DNA of 45,692 nt from Pseudonocardiales bacterium (GTDB lineage Bacteria > Actinomycetota > Actinomycetes > Mycobacteriales > QHCA01): assembly GCA_040003795.1 (NCBI GenBank), contig JBDUBV010000001.1, forward strand, positions 1-45,692, read 5' to 3'. Each line of letters opens with the position of its first letter. Position 1 is the stretch's first letter. The translations under genes and the position numbers were made by a program. The notes under the pieces are model-generated. The model was not told where the DNA came from, did not search any database, and saw nothing but the letters and a program-made list of their open reading frames with translations. This document shows positions 9,139-17,700 of this stretch, one piece after another.

Positions 9139-10107
9139 GTGGCATCCAGGCCCAGTGCCGTCCGTCCCTACCGCCTCTACGCGATTCTCACAGCCGGCCT
9201 GCTCGGCCTGGTCCTGGTGCCGGCCACCAGTAACGCCTCCTCACCGCCCTCTTCGACGCAACTGCGCCAGAGCCTGGCCGACCTGCAGACCCGGCTGGAG
9301 AAGGCTACCGAGGACTACAACACCGCAAATGTGTTGCTGGCCCGCAGCCGGGCCCACGAGAAGGAGTTGCGCGCGGAGGCGGTGCAGCAGTCCAAGCAGG
9401 TCGACGCCTACACCGCTCAGGTGTCCCGGTTCGCTGCCTCGGTCTATCGGGGCCAGGGCATCGATGTCATGGCCTCGCTCCTGCAGAACGGCTCGGCACA
9501 GAGCTTCCTCGACCAGATGTCGATGCTGGACAACCTCAGCCGCACCCAGCGCTCCCAGCTCAACGCTCTGACCGCCGCCCGGCGGCAGCTCGCACTGAGC
9601 AAGGCACGCATCGACGACGAGCTGACGACGCAGGCAAAGGACGCAGCCACGAAGAAGGCGCGCAAGGCCCTGATCGAGGCCAATCTGGCTAAGGTCAAGG
9701 CCCTGCTCCCGCCCAGCACCTCCGGCGGTGGCGTGGTGGGCGGAAGCTACACCGGCCCGGCCACCGGCAACGCGCTCAAGGCGCTGCGAACCGCGTACGC
9801 CCAGATCGGCAAGCCCTACCAGTGGGGGGGCGCCGGCCCCAACAGCTTCGACTGCTCCGGCCTGACGATGTATTCGTGGCGGGCCGGCGGTGTGTCATTG
9901 CCACACTCCAGCCGCATGCAGTACAGCAGCGGCCCGCACGTGGCCCGCTCGGCGCTGCAGCCCGGCGACCTGCTGTTCTTCGGCAGCCCCATCCACCACG
10001 TGGCCATGTACGTCGGAAACGGGCAGATGATCCACGCCCCGAACTTCGGCATGAACGTGCAGATCTCCCCGATCCAGTCCGACTACGTAGGCGCCGTCCG
10101 TCCCTAG
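9139..10107 (+). CDS. ripC: secreted coiled-coil NlpC/P60 peptidoglycan endopeptidase (RipC-like)
   Basis: Signal/TM segment (LYAILTAGLLGLVLVPATSNA), a roughly 180-aa coiled coil, then YQWGGAGPNSFDCSGLTMYSW...HHVAMYVGNGQMIHAP (catalytic Cys/His). GTG start after GAGGAAGAGGAG. The position matches Rv2190c. Confidence 0.85.
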   Translation: MASRPSAVRPYRLYAILTAGLLGLVLVPATSNASSPPSSTQLRQSLADLQTRLEKATEDYNTANVLLARSRAHEKELRAEAVQQSKQVDAYTAQVSRFAASVYRGQGIDVMASLLQNGSAQSFLDQMSMLDNLSRTQRSQLNALTAARRQLALSKARIDDELTTQAKDAATKKARKALIEANLAKVKALLPPSTSGGGVVGGSYTGPATGNALKALRTAYAQIGKPYQWGGAGPNSFDCSGLTMYSWRAGGVSLPHSSRMQYSSGPHVARSALQPGDLLFFGSPIHHVAMYVGNGQMIHAPNFGMNVQISPIQSDYVGAVRP

Positions 10108-10141
10108 CGGTCTGGCGCCCGGCTGTCCGTAGGATGGCCGG

Positions 10142-11518
10142 GTGACGGCGCAGCGACCGGGTCGGCGATCCGCCAGGTGGGCGGTCACCGTGCTGGCCGG
10201 TGCCATCGTCATGCAGTTCAGCGCGGCCGTTGTCGGCACCGCCTACCTGGCCGCCGAGGGCCAGCCGCGGGCCGGTGCGCCGATCACCGCGCAGGGCCGC
10301 CCGGCCCCTCACCTCGCCGGCGATATCCCCGCCCTGTCCTCGACCGAGCGGGCCCGGCGAGCTGCCGCCATCCGCGCCCTGCTGGCCCAGCGCAGCAACG
10401 CGCTGCTGCACCGGGACCGGGCAACCTTCCTGGCCGTCCTTGATGCGGCCAGCCCTGCCTTCCGTGCCCAGCAGGCCAAGCTGTTCGACAATCTGGCCCA
10501 GGTGCCGCTGGGCTCGTGGTCCTACTCCGTCGACCCAGACCACGAGATGTCGCAGGCGGGCACCCGGCTGGCCCGCTTCCACGCGCTGGTGTGGGCGCCG
10601 CAGGTCACCGTCAACTACCGGCTGGCCGAGTTCGACACCCGCGAGACCTCGCAGTCGCAGTACTTCACCTTCGTCCAGCGGGCCGGTCGGTGGTACATCG
10701 GCGCCGACGACGATTTCGACAGCGTCAGCTTCAAGACCGCCCGAGGCCTCTGGGACTTCGGGCCGGTGGTGGTGGCCAGGACCGCCACGACCTTGGCCCT
10801 GGGCCATCCTCGCTCGCGGGACACGCTACGCACCGTCACCCGGGTGGCGGATGCCGCGATCCCCCGGGTGAGCGCGGTGTGGGGCCACGACTGGGCCGGG
10901 CGGGTGGTCATCCTCGTGCCGGACAGCCAGGCCGAGCTCAGCCGGATCATCCAGGAGGGCAGCGATCTCGACCAGATCGCCGCGGTCACCACGACCGAAC
11001 TTGCCGGTGGCTCGGGGGCGCCGGCCGGGGACCGGATCCTCGTCAATCCGCCCAACTTCGCCAAGCTCGGATCACTGGGCCGTCAGGTCGTCCTGCGGCA
11101 CGAGATCACCCACGTCGCAAGCCGGGTCGCCACGACCGCCGCTACGCCGACGTGGCTGGCCGAGGGATTCGCCGACTACATCGGATATCTGAACTCCGGC
11201 GTGTCCGTGGCTGCGGCCGGCCACGAGCTTGCCGCCGACGTGCGGGCCGGCCGCCTGCCGAAGTCGCTGCCCGCCGACGCCGCCTTTGCCGGCAACAACA
11301 CCGGGCTCGCCCAGGTCTACGAGATGTCGTGGCTGGCCTGCCGCCTGATCGTGGCCTCCGTCGGCCAGGCCGGCCTGGTGCACTTCTACCGTACGGTCGG
11401 CGGGGGCGACGGGGTGCCCGGCAGCGGGGTCGAGGAGGCGCTGCGCACCTCCCTGCACCTCACGCTGGCGCAGTTCACCCTGAGCTGGCGGGCCTACGTG
11501 ACACGTCAGCTCGGGTGA
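10142..11518 (+). CDS. membrane-anchored/secreted protein with an HExxH motif (peptidase MA-like)
   Basis: N-terminal TM (WAVTVLAGAIVMQFSAAVVG) and a C-terminal VVLRHEITHVASR...WLAEGFADYIG. The family assignment is only motif-level. Confidence 0.5.
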   Translation: MTAQRPGRRSARWAVTVLAGAIVMQFSAAVVGTAYLAAEGQPRAGAPITAQGRPAPHLAGDIPALSSTERARRAAAIRALLAQRSNALLHRDRATFLAVLDAASPAFRAQQAKLFDNLAQVPLGSWSYSVDPDHEMSQAGTRLARFHALVWAPQVTVNYRLAEFDTRETSQSQYFTFVQRAGRWYIGADDDFDSVSFKTARGLWDFGPVVVARTATTLALGHPRSRDTLRTVTRVADAAIPRVSAVWGHDWAGRVVILVPDSQAELSRIIQEGSDLDQIAAVTTTELAGGSGAPAGDRILVNPPNFAKLGSLGRQVVLRHEITHVASRVATTAATPTWLAEGFADYIGYLNSGVSVAAAGHELAADVRAGRLPKSLPADAAFAGNNTGLAQVYEMSWLACRLIVASVGQAGLVHFYRTVGGGDGVPGSGVEEALRTSLHLTLAQFTLSWRAYVTRQLG

Positions 11519-11526
11519 GCCCCCGG

Positions 11527-12780
11527 ATGGCGCCAGCCGTAGCGCTCGCGGTCCTGGGGATCGGCCTGATGGCAGGCATCGCCTTCACCACCCCTTGGCA
11601 CACCCTTGACCGCCCGCCGGGCGGTCCGACGCCGGTGGTCGTGTCGCCGGACTTCACCCCGGCGCAGGTGGACCGTGAGCACGTGTTCCATCGGAGGATC
11701 CGGCCGGCCTCCTACGCCAACGTCGCCATCAGCCTCGGCCTGGCCGCACTGCTCGGCCTGACGCCACTCGGGGCGCGCCTGATCGGGGCGCTGGCCCGCC
11801 CGCTCGGCGGGGGATGGGTGTGGCGGGTGATCCTCGGCTCGCTGGTCATCGCCGTCGTCGGCCGGCTGGCGACCCTGCCGTTGTCGATCTACGGCGAGAC
11901 GGTGCTGCGGCGGTACGGCTTGTCCACACAGGACTGGGGTGGCTGGGCGGTCGACCAGCTCAAGGGACTCGGCCTGGGTGCCGGCCTCACCACGGTTGTG
12001 TTGCTGGGCTTCATCGGTGTCGTCAGGGCTGCCCCGCGCACCTGGTGGGCGTGGACCGCGGTCGGGTCCGCGGCCCTGGTCGTCACGCTGTCGTTCCTCT
12101 ACCCCGTGCTGGTCGAGCCGGTGTTCAACAAGTTCACCCCGCTGCCGGCCGGCGAGCTGCGTACCTCCCTGCTCCAGCTGGCGAACAGCGATCAGGTTCC
12201 GGTCCGCGACGTCCTCGTGGCCGACGCCTCGCGGCGCACCACATCGCTGAACGCCTACGTGTCCGGTTTCGGCTCGACCAGGCGCATCGTGGTCTACGAC
12301 ACGCTGATAAGGGACGCGCCGCCGGCCGAGGTGCGGCTCGTCGTCGCGCACGAGCTGGGCCACGCCAAGCGAGGCGATGTCGTCTACGGCACGTTGATCG
12401 GCGCGCTGGGGGTGGCCGCGACGTGCTGTCTGGCCTTCCTGCTCTTCACCGGTCCGTGGCTGCTGCGCAGGGCCGGCGTCACCGACCTGGCCGACGGCAG
12501 GTCCATCGCGTTGCTGCTTGCCGTGATCGCCATCGGTGGCGTGGTGACGATGCCGGTGCAGGTCCTGCTGTCGCGGCGCATCGAGGCCCGCGCCGACGTG
12601 CATTCCCTCGACCTCACCCACGACCCCGCGACATTCATCGACAGCGAGAAGCGGCTGGCCGTCACCAACCTTTCCGACCTGCAGCCCAACCCGGTCGTCT
12701 ACTGCCTGTTCTTCACCCACCCGACCAGCCCGCAGCGCATCGCCCTGGCGCGTGACTGGTCCAAGCTGCACGCCCGATGA
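11527..12780 (+). CDS. M48 family (Ste24/HtpX-like) integral membrane zinc metallopeptidase
   Basis: Several TM helices, NAYVSGFGSTRRIVVYDTL, the zinc motif VVAHELGHAKRGD, and a C-terminal FFTHPTSPQRI. The ATG at 11527 is 8 nt after the upstream stop. Confidence 0.85.
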   Translation: MAPAVALAVLGIGLMAGIAFTTPWHTLDRPPGGPTPVVVSPDFTPAQVDREHVFHRRIRPASYANVAISLGLAALLGLTPLGARLIGALARPLGGGWVWRVILGSLVIAVVGRLATLPLSIYGETVLRRYGLSTQDWGGWAVDQLKGLGLGAGLTTVVLLGFIGVVRAAPRTWWAWTAVGSAALVVTLSFLYPVLVEPVFNKFTPLPAGELRTSLLQLANSDQVPVRDVLVADASRRTTSLNAYVSGFGSTRRIVVYDTLIRDAPPAEVRLVVAHELGHAKRGDVVYGTLIGALGVAATCCLAFLLFTGPWLLRRAGVTDLADGRSIALLLAVIAIGGVVTMPVQVLLSRRIEARADVHSLDLTHDPATFIDSEKRLAVTNLSDLQPNPVVYCLFFTHPTSPQRIALARDWSKLHAR

Positions 12781-13898
12781 CGCGCACCCTGGTCGTCACC
12801 AACGACTTCCCGCCCCGAGCCGGCGGGATCCAGACGTTCGTCCACTCGCTGGTCGCCGGGCAGCCGGCCGGCTCGGTGGTGGTCTATGCCTCGTCGTCGC
12901 CGGGATTCTTGACATTCGATGCTGCCCAGAATTTCCAGGTCGTTCGTTATCCCGGCTCGATGCTGCTGCCGACGCGCGCCGCGGCCAGGGAGGTTGCGGC
13001 GCTCGCGCGGACGCACGGGTGCCGGTCGGTGCTGTTCGGCGCTGCCGCGCCCCTGGGTCTGCTGGCACCGTCGTTGCGGGCTTCCGGGATTCGCCGTCTC
13101 GTTGCCCTGACGCACGGCCACGAGGTGGGCTGGGCGGCGCTGCCTGGTGCCCGGACACTGCTGCGGCGGATCGGCGCCGCGGTCGACGTGGTGACGTACC
13201 TGGGGGAGTACACCCGGACTCGGCTGGCTGGGCTTTTCGGGCCTGCAGTGCGCCTGGAGCGGCTGGCGCCCGGCGTGGACACGTCGATGTTCTCCCCGGC
13301 GGTGGACGGGTCGGGCGTCCGGGCGGAGCTGGGCCTGGCCGGCCGCCCGGTGGTCGTGTGCGTCTCGCGTCTGGTGCCGCGCAAGGGGCAGGACACGCTG
13401 ATCCGGGCGCTGCCGCTGATCCGGTCGGCCGTGCCCGATGCTGCCCTGCTGCTGGTGGGTGGCGGGCCGGACCAGCCGCGGCTGCAGCGGCTGGCCGTCG
13501 AGTGCGGGGTGCCCGACGACGTGGTATTCACCGGCTCGGTGCCCTGGCCTGACCTACCTGCCTACTACGCGGCCGGCGACGTCTTCGCCATGCCCTGCCG
13601 GACGCGGCGGCGCGGCCTCGACGTCGAGGGGCTGGGGATGGTATACCTCGAGGCGTCCGCGACCGGCTTGCCCGTCGTGGCGGGGGACTCCGGCGGAGCG
13701 CCGGATGCCGTGGTCAACGGCGAGACCGGGTTCGTCGTGCCGGGCCGGTCGGTGCGGGCTGTGGCAGACCGCGTGACCGCGCTGCTGAGCGATCCCGCAT
13801 TGGCGCGGGGGATGGGAAAGAAGGGGCGCGCCTGGGTGGAACAGGACTGGCGGTGGGACACCGTTGCCGCCCGGCTGGGGGAGTTGCTGGCCGGCTAG
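12777..13898 (+). CDS. pimB: GT4 glycosyltransferase, PimB-like phosphatidylinositol mannoside mannosyltransferase
   Basis: MTRTLVVTNDFPPRAGGIQTFVHSLV resembles the Rv2188c N-terminus. The GT4 C-terminal half has RLVPRKGQD and EGLGMVYLEASATGLPVVAGDSGGAPD. ATGA overlap with the M48 gene. Its position is syntenic with Rv2188c. Confidence 0.8.
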   Translation: MTRTLVVTNDFPPRAGGIQTFVHSLVAGQPAGSVVVYASSSPGFLTFDAAQNFQVVRYPGSMLLPTRAAAREVAALARTHGCRSVLFGAAAPLGLLAPSLRASGIRRLVALTHGHEVGWAALPGARTLLRRIGAAVDVVTYLGEYTRTRLAGLFGPAVRLERLAPGVDTSMFSPAVDGSGVRAELGLAGRPVVVCVSRLVPRKGQDTLIRALPLIRSAVPDAALLLVGGGPDQPRLQRLAVECGVPDDVVFTGSVPWPDLPAYYAAGDVFAMPCRTRRRGLDVEGLGMVYLEASATGLPVVAGDSGGAPDAVVNGETGFVVPGRSVRAVADRVTALLSDPALARGMGKKGRAWVEQDWRWDTVAARLGELLAG

Positions 13899-13927
13899 CC
13901 GGGTAGCCTGCGGCGACGGAGCCCGGC

Positions 13928-16237
13928 TTGCCTAGGCTGTTCGACTGTGTCCGAGCGCGCTGCATGCCCGGCGAGGAGCTAGTGGCTATCACCATGGCGC
14001 CGAGCGTGCCGGTCCGAACGCCTTCGCCAGCAGATCGAATACTGGTTCCGCTGGTATGTGTCACCGCATTCGTCGGCGCTGGACTGCTGTTCATGGTGGA
14101 ACCGATGGTGGCCAAGCTGGTGCTACCCCTGTTCGGCGGCTCGCCATCGGTGTGGAACACCTCCATCTTCTTCTTCCAGGTCACCCTGCTGGCCGGCTAC
14201 CTCGTGACCCACCTGACCATCCGCCGGCTCGGCGTCCGGCGGCAGATGTGGCTGCAGCTCGGGCTGCTGATGCTCCCGCTGGCCGTGCTGCCGCTGGCGC
14301 TGCCCGCCAACGCCGACCCGCGGGCCGGCGCCCCGGCGGTGGTCTGGCTCCTGTACGTGCTCGTCATGGCGGTCGGCGCTCCCTTCCTCATGCTCGGCAC
14401 CGCCGGCCCGCTCCTGCAGAGATGGTTCGGGGGGACCAGCCACCCCCGGGCAACAGACCCGTACTTCCTGTTCGCCGCCGGCAACGCTGGGAGCTTGCTT
14501 GCGCTGTGCGCCTATCCGACCGCGATCGAGCCGTATCTCACCCTGCATCGGCAGCGGCTCGTCTGGTCAGCCGGCTATGTGGTCTTCGTGCTGCTCAGCA
14601 TCGGGTGCGTCCTGCTGATGCGGGGACGGCTCACCGGAGACGGTCCGGTCGAACCACGCGCGGAGACTCCCGCCCCGCCGCTGACCGGTCGGCGCCGGCT
14701 TCGATGGGTCGCGCTGGCTTTCCTGCCCGCCAGCATGATGCTGGGCACCACCACCTACATCACCACCGACATCGCGCCCATTCCGCTGCTCTGGGTAGTG
14801 CCGCTGTCGGTCTACCTGGTGACGTTCATCGTGGCGTTCGCCGTGTCACCGGCGGCCGCTGCGACGATCAGCCGGCGGCTGGCCGCGGCTCTGGCCGGCC
14901 TGGCTGTTCCGGCTGGTCTCAGTGCCGTCGGGCTGCTCCCGATGCCGACGCTCCTGGCCGTTGCCTTGCAGCTGGCGACGTTCGCCCTGGTGGCGCTGAC
15001 CGCGCACTGCGCCCTAGCGGCCGACCGGCCGGCGGTGTCCCAGCTGACCTCGTTCTATCTCCTGGTCGCCAGCGGAGGGGCACTCGGCGGCGCCTTCAAC
15101 GGCCTCATCGCGCCGGTGGTCTTTAACCGGCTGTACGAGTATCCGATGGTGATCGCCGCGGCCATGTTCCTCTACGCCGGGGCCGGGCGCGCCGGTTGGC
15201 TGCGCCGGCGCCTTCCCAGTGTCCGGGCACCCATCGCGGCACTGGTCGCCGGGGCGGCGCCGCTGGCGCTGGGACTCGCCGCAGCAGCCGGCGTACCGGG
15301 TCGCGGACGGTTGCCGGTGGCGGCCGCCACGGTGATCCTCCTCGGGGCATTGGCGCTGGTGGCGGCGCGGCGGCTGCCCGCTGCGTTCGCTATCGGCCTG
15401 CTGGTGATGCTGGTCGGGGTGGCGACCCAGGGCAAGAGCCTCCTGGTGGAGCGGACGTTCTTCGGTGTCCAGAAGGTCGACGTGCAGGCAGGCGACCGGC
15501 ACGTGCTGACGAACGGACGCACCGTGCACGGCATTCAGGACTTCCGCGGGGGCAACCGGCTGCAGCCGTTGAGCTACTACCACCCGGACGGGCCGGCGGG
15601 AGATGTGTTCCGGGCCTATCCGGGTGCCAAGCGAGATGCCAGGGTGGCAGTGATCGGGCTGGGTGCAGGCAGCCTGGCCGCCTATGGTCGCGCGGGCCAG
15701 CGCTTCACCTTCTACGAGCTCGACCCTGCGACGGTCGCCATTGCCCGGGATCAGCGGCTGTTCACCTACCTGCGGGACAGCCGAGCGGCCGTCGACGTCG
15801 TCGTCGGAGACGGCAGACTCTCGATCGCGCGGGCCTCCCCGGCCGAATACGACCTCGTGGTGGTCGACGCCTTCAGCTCAGACGCGATTCCCGTGCATCT
15901 GCTCACATCCGAAGCGGTCGCGTTGTACGCCTCACGGTTGCGCCCCGGAGGTTGGCTCGTTGTGCACATCAGCAACCGCCACCTGAATCTCGCGCCGGTG
16001 GTGGCCAACATCGCGCGCGTCCGTGGCATGTCCGCGGCGATCAGAATCGACGAGCGGTCGAAGCTGTCGGCTGGCAAGGCTCCCTCTACATGGGTCGCGT
16101 TGAGCCACGATCCAGCCGATCTCGCGCCTCTGATGGCCACCGGCCGGTGGGCGGACCTGGCGAGCTGGCGGACGGGCGCGCCTGCGTGGACCGACGACTT
16201 CTCCAATCTCTTCGGTGTCCTCAAGTGGGGCAGCTGA
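13928..16237 (+). CDS. fused polytopic membrane domain / spermidine synthase-like (class I SAM-fold) protein
   Basis: About 500 aa of TM helices, then VAVIGLGAGSLAAY...FYELDPATVAIARD...VVGDGRLSI...YDLVVVDAFSSDAIPVHLLT...LRPGGWLVVHISN. The start is uncertain (TTG 13928 or ATG 13994). Confidence 0.7.
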   Translation: MPRLFDCVRARCMPGEELVAITMAPSVPVRTPSPADRILVPLVCVTAFVGAGLLFMVEPMVAKLVLPLFGGSPSVWNTSIFFFQVTLLAGYLVTHLTIRRLGVRRQMWLQLGLLMLPLAVLPLALPANADPRAGAPAVVWLLYVLVMAVGAPFLMLGTAGPLLQRWFGGTSHPRATDPYFLFAAGNAGSLLALCAYPTAIEPYLTLHRQRLVWSAGYVVFVLLSIGCVLLMRGRLTGDGPVEPRAETPAPPLTGRRRLRWVALAFLPASMMLGTTTYITTDIAPIPLLWVVPLSVYLVTFIVAFAVSPAAAATISRRLAAALAGLAVPAGLSAVGLLPMPTLLAVALQLATFALVALTAHCALAADRPAVSQLTSFYLLVASGGALGGAFNGLIAPVVFNRLYEYPMVIAAAMFLYAGAGRAGWLRRRLPSVRAPIAALVAGAAPLALGLAAAAGVPGRGRLPVAAATVILLGALALVAARRLPAAFAIGLLVMLVGVATQGKSLLVERTFFGVQKVDVQAGDRHVLTNGRTVHGIQDFRGGNRLQPLSYYHPDGPAGDVFRAYPGAKRDARVAVIGLGAGSLAAYGRAGQRFTFYELDPATVAIARDQRLFTYLRDSRAAVDVVVGDGRLSIARASPAEYDLVVVDAFSSDAIPVHLLTSEAVALYASRLRPGGWLVVHISNRHLNLAPVVANIARVRGMSAAIRIDERSKLSAGKAPSTWVALSHDPADLAPLMATGRWADLASWRTGAPAWTDDFSNLFGVLKWGS

Positions 16238-16242
16238 CCGGG

Positions 16243-17700
16243 TCAGCCGTCCCCGCCGGGTGGCGGGAGCAGGATCACCGTGCGGCCGTCAGTCCAGGCG
16301 ACGGTCCACCCCAACTGATGTTGCAGGCCTCCGGCCAGGGGAACCCCGACGTCGAGCCAGGCGGCATCGGGCTGCGAGTCCGCGACGAAAGTTCGCCAGT
16401 CCCCGTGGAGGTTCAGGGTATCCACGTACCGGCTGATGTATGCGGGCCCGAAAATCTCGTAACGTCCGTCGACGGCGGGTGAGGCGTCACGGGCGGTCCA
16501 CAGCATCCAGTTACCCAACTCGAACTGGTCGAGCACCCTCGCCCTGCCCGGCAGGTCGTCGAGGATCTGGCTGGCCGCCGCGGGCGCCGGCCGGCGGATG
16601 GGGTCCTGATGGGCGAGCACGGTGGCGCCCAACGCGCAGGTGAGCAGAGCGGCACCGGTCAGGATGGCCGAGTGCCGCCGCGACCACGCGCGCTTCTCCG
16701 GTGGGGCGGCGAACAGCTCGGCCATCGCCTGGGCGGCCAGCGGTGCCAGCAGCACACCGGCCAGCGGTCCGGTCCTCAGGTATGCCACCGCGAGGAAGGC
16801 AGCCGCGAACAGATACAGCACCTCGTACGGCGGGACGCGACGGCTTCCTCGTGCCCAGGCGGTCAGCACGATGCCCACTAGCAGCAGGGCGGCGGCGCTC
16901 GGCAGGCTGGTCACGTGCGGTGGTTGCCACTCGGTGACGTACTTCGCGATGCCCCGCACCTCGAACGGCGACAGGAGCAGTCGCGGCCCGACCGGCGTCA
17001 GCGCCGTGGCCGCCAGCATTGCCGCACCCACCCCGGCGAAGCGCAGGAAGACCTTGCGATTGCGCCGGCTCCCGTCCAGCGCGACCCCGACCGCAACGCA
17101 GGCGTAGAGCGCGAGGCCGACGGTCCACAGGCCGTGCAGGCTCGCCCACAGCCACATGAACGGGATCAACCACAGCGGCGGCCGGCCACGGCGCGCGGCC
17201 TCGAGCAGCGCGGGGCCCAGGATGGCCATCAGCAGGAATGAGGCGAGCTGGGGACGGGCAGCCGCCCCCGGCTCCACTGTCGCCAGGCCGAACAAGGCGG
17301 CGATGGTGGTGTGCAACCAGCTGCCGCGCTTGCGGCACTGCACGACGACCACGGCGGCGATGGCGGCGAGCGCCAGCGAGCGCAAGATCAAGACGCCGCT
17401 GTAACCGCCGGCGCGGTAGCCGGCGTAGAGCAGCAACTGGGACAGCCACTCGTGCAGGATCCATGGCCGGCTGGAGGCGAAGGACCACTGGTCGGCGGCC
17501 GGCAGCCGGTGATGCGCGGCAATCCACTCGCCGGTCCGCAGGTGCCACCAGAGGTCGGAATCGGTCGTCGGCCGCAGGCCCTGCAGTCCGAAGGCCAACA
17601 CGGCCAGCCAGGGCACCACCTCGCCGAGTGCCGGGCCGCCGCCTGCTGTCGGCGCCTCCCGGCTTCCCGCTTGCGCAGGTGCTGCCGACGTCGCGGTCAT
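16243..17700 (-). CDS. polytopic membrane protein with a DxD loop and a C-terminal soluble domain (GT-C-like, paralog A)
   Basis: 485 aa from the ATG at 17700, in an ATGA overlap with paralog B. After TM1 comes TTDSDLWWHLRTGEWIAAHH. There are at least 10 hydrophobic segments, the motif LWASLHGLW, and a C-terminal domain VLDQFELGNWMLW...VDGRYEIFG...PDAAWL...GWTVAWTDGRTVILL. The 5' extension to 18417 is rejected. Confidence 0.6.
   Translation of the reverse strand: MTATSAAPAQAGSREAPTAGGGPALGEVVPWLAVLAFGLQGLRPTTDSDLWWHLRTGEWIAAHHRLPAADQWSFASSRPWILHEWLSQLLLYAGYRAGGYSGVLILRSLALAAIAAVVVVQCRKRGSWLHTTIAALFGLATVEPGAAARPQLASFLLMAILGPALLEAARRGRPPLWLIPFMWLWASLHGLWTVGLALYACVAVGVALDGSRRNRKVFLRFAGVGAAMLAATALTPVGPRLLLSPFEVRGIAKYVTEWQPPHVTSLPSAAALLLVGIVLTAWARGSRRVPPYEVLYLFAAAFLAVAYLRTGPLAGVLLAPLAAQAMAELFAAPPEKRAWSRRHSAILTGAALLTCALGATVLAHQDPIRRPAPAAASQILDDLPGRARVLDQFELGNWMLWTARDASPAVDGRYEIFGPAYISRYVDTLNLHGDWRTFVADSQPDAAWLDVGVPLAGGLQHQLGWTVAWTDGRTVILLPPPGGDG

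Noticed and set aside
16233-16247. The palindrome GCTGAC-CGG-GTCAGC, which contains both convergent stop codons (16235-16237 and 16243-16245), as a bidirectional terminator.
   Set aside because: It has only a 6-bp stem with a 3-nt loop and no flanking U/A tracts. That is too weak to call a terminator. It may simply reflect the two TGA/TCA stops in a GC-rich context.
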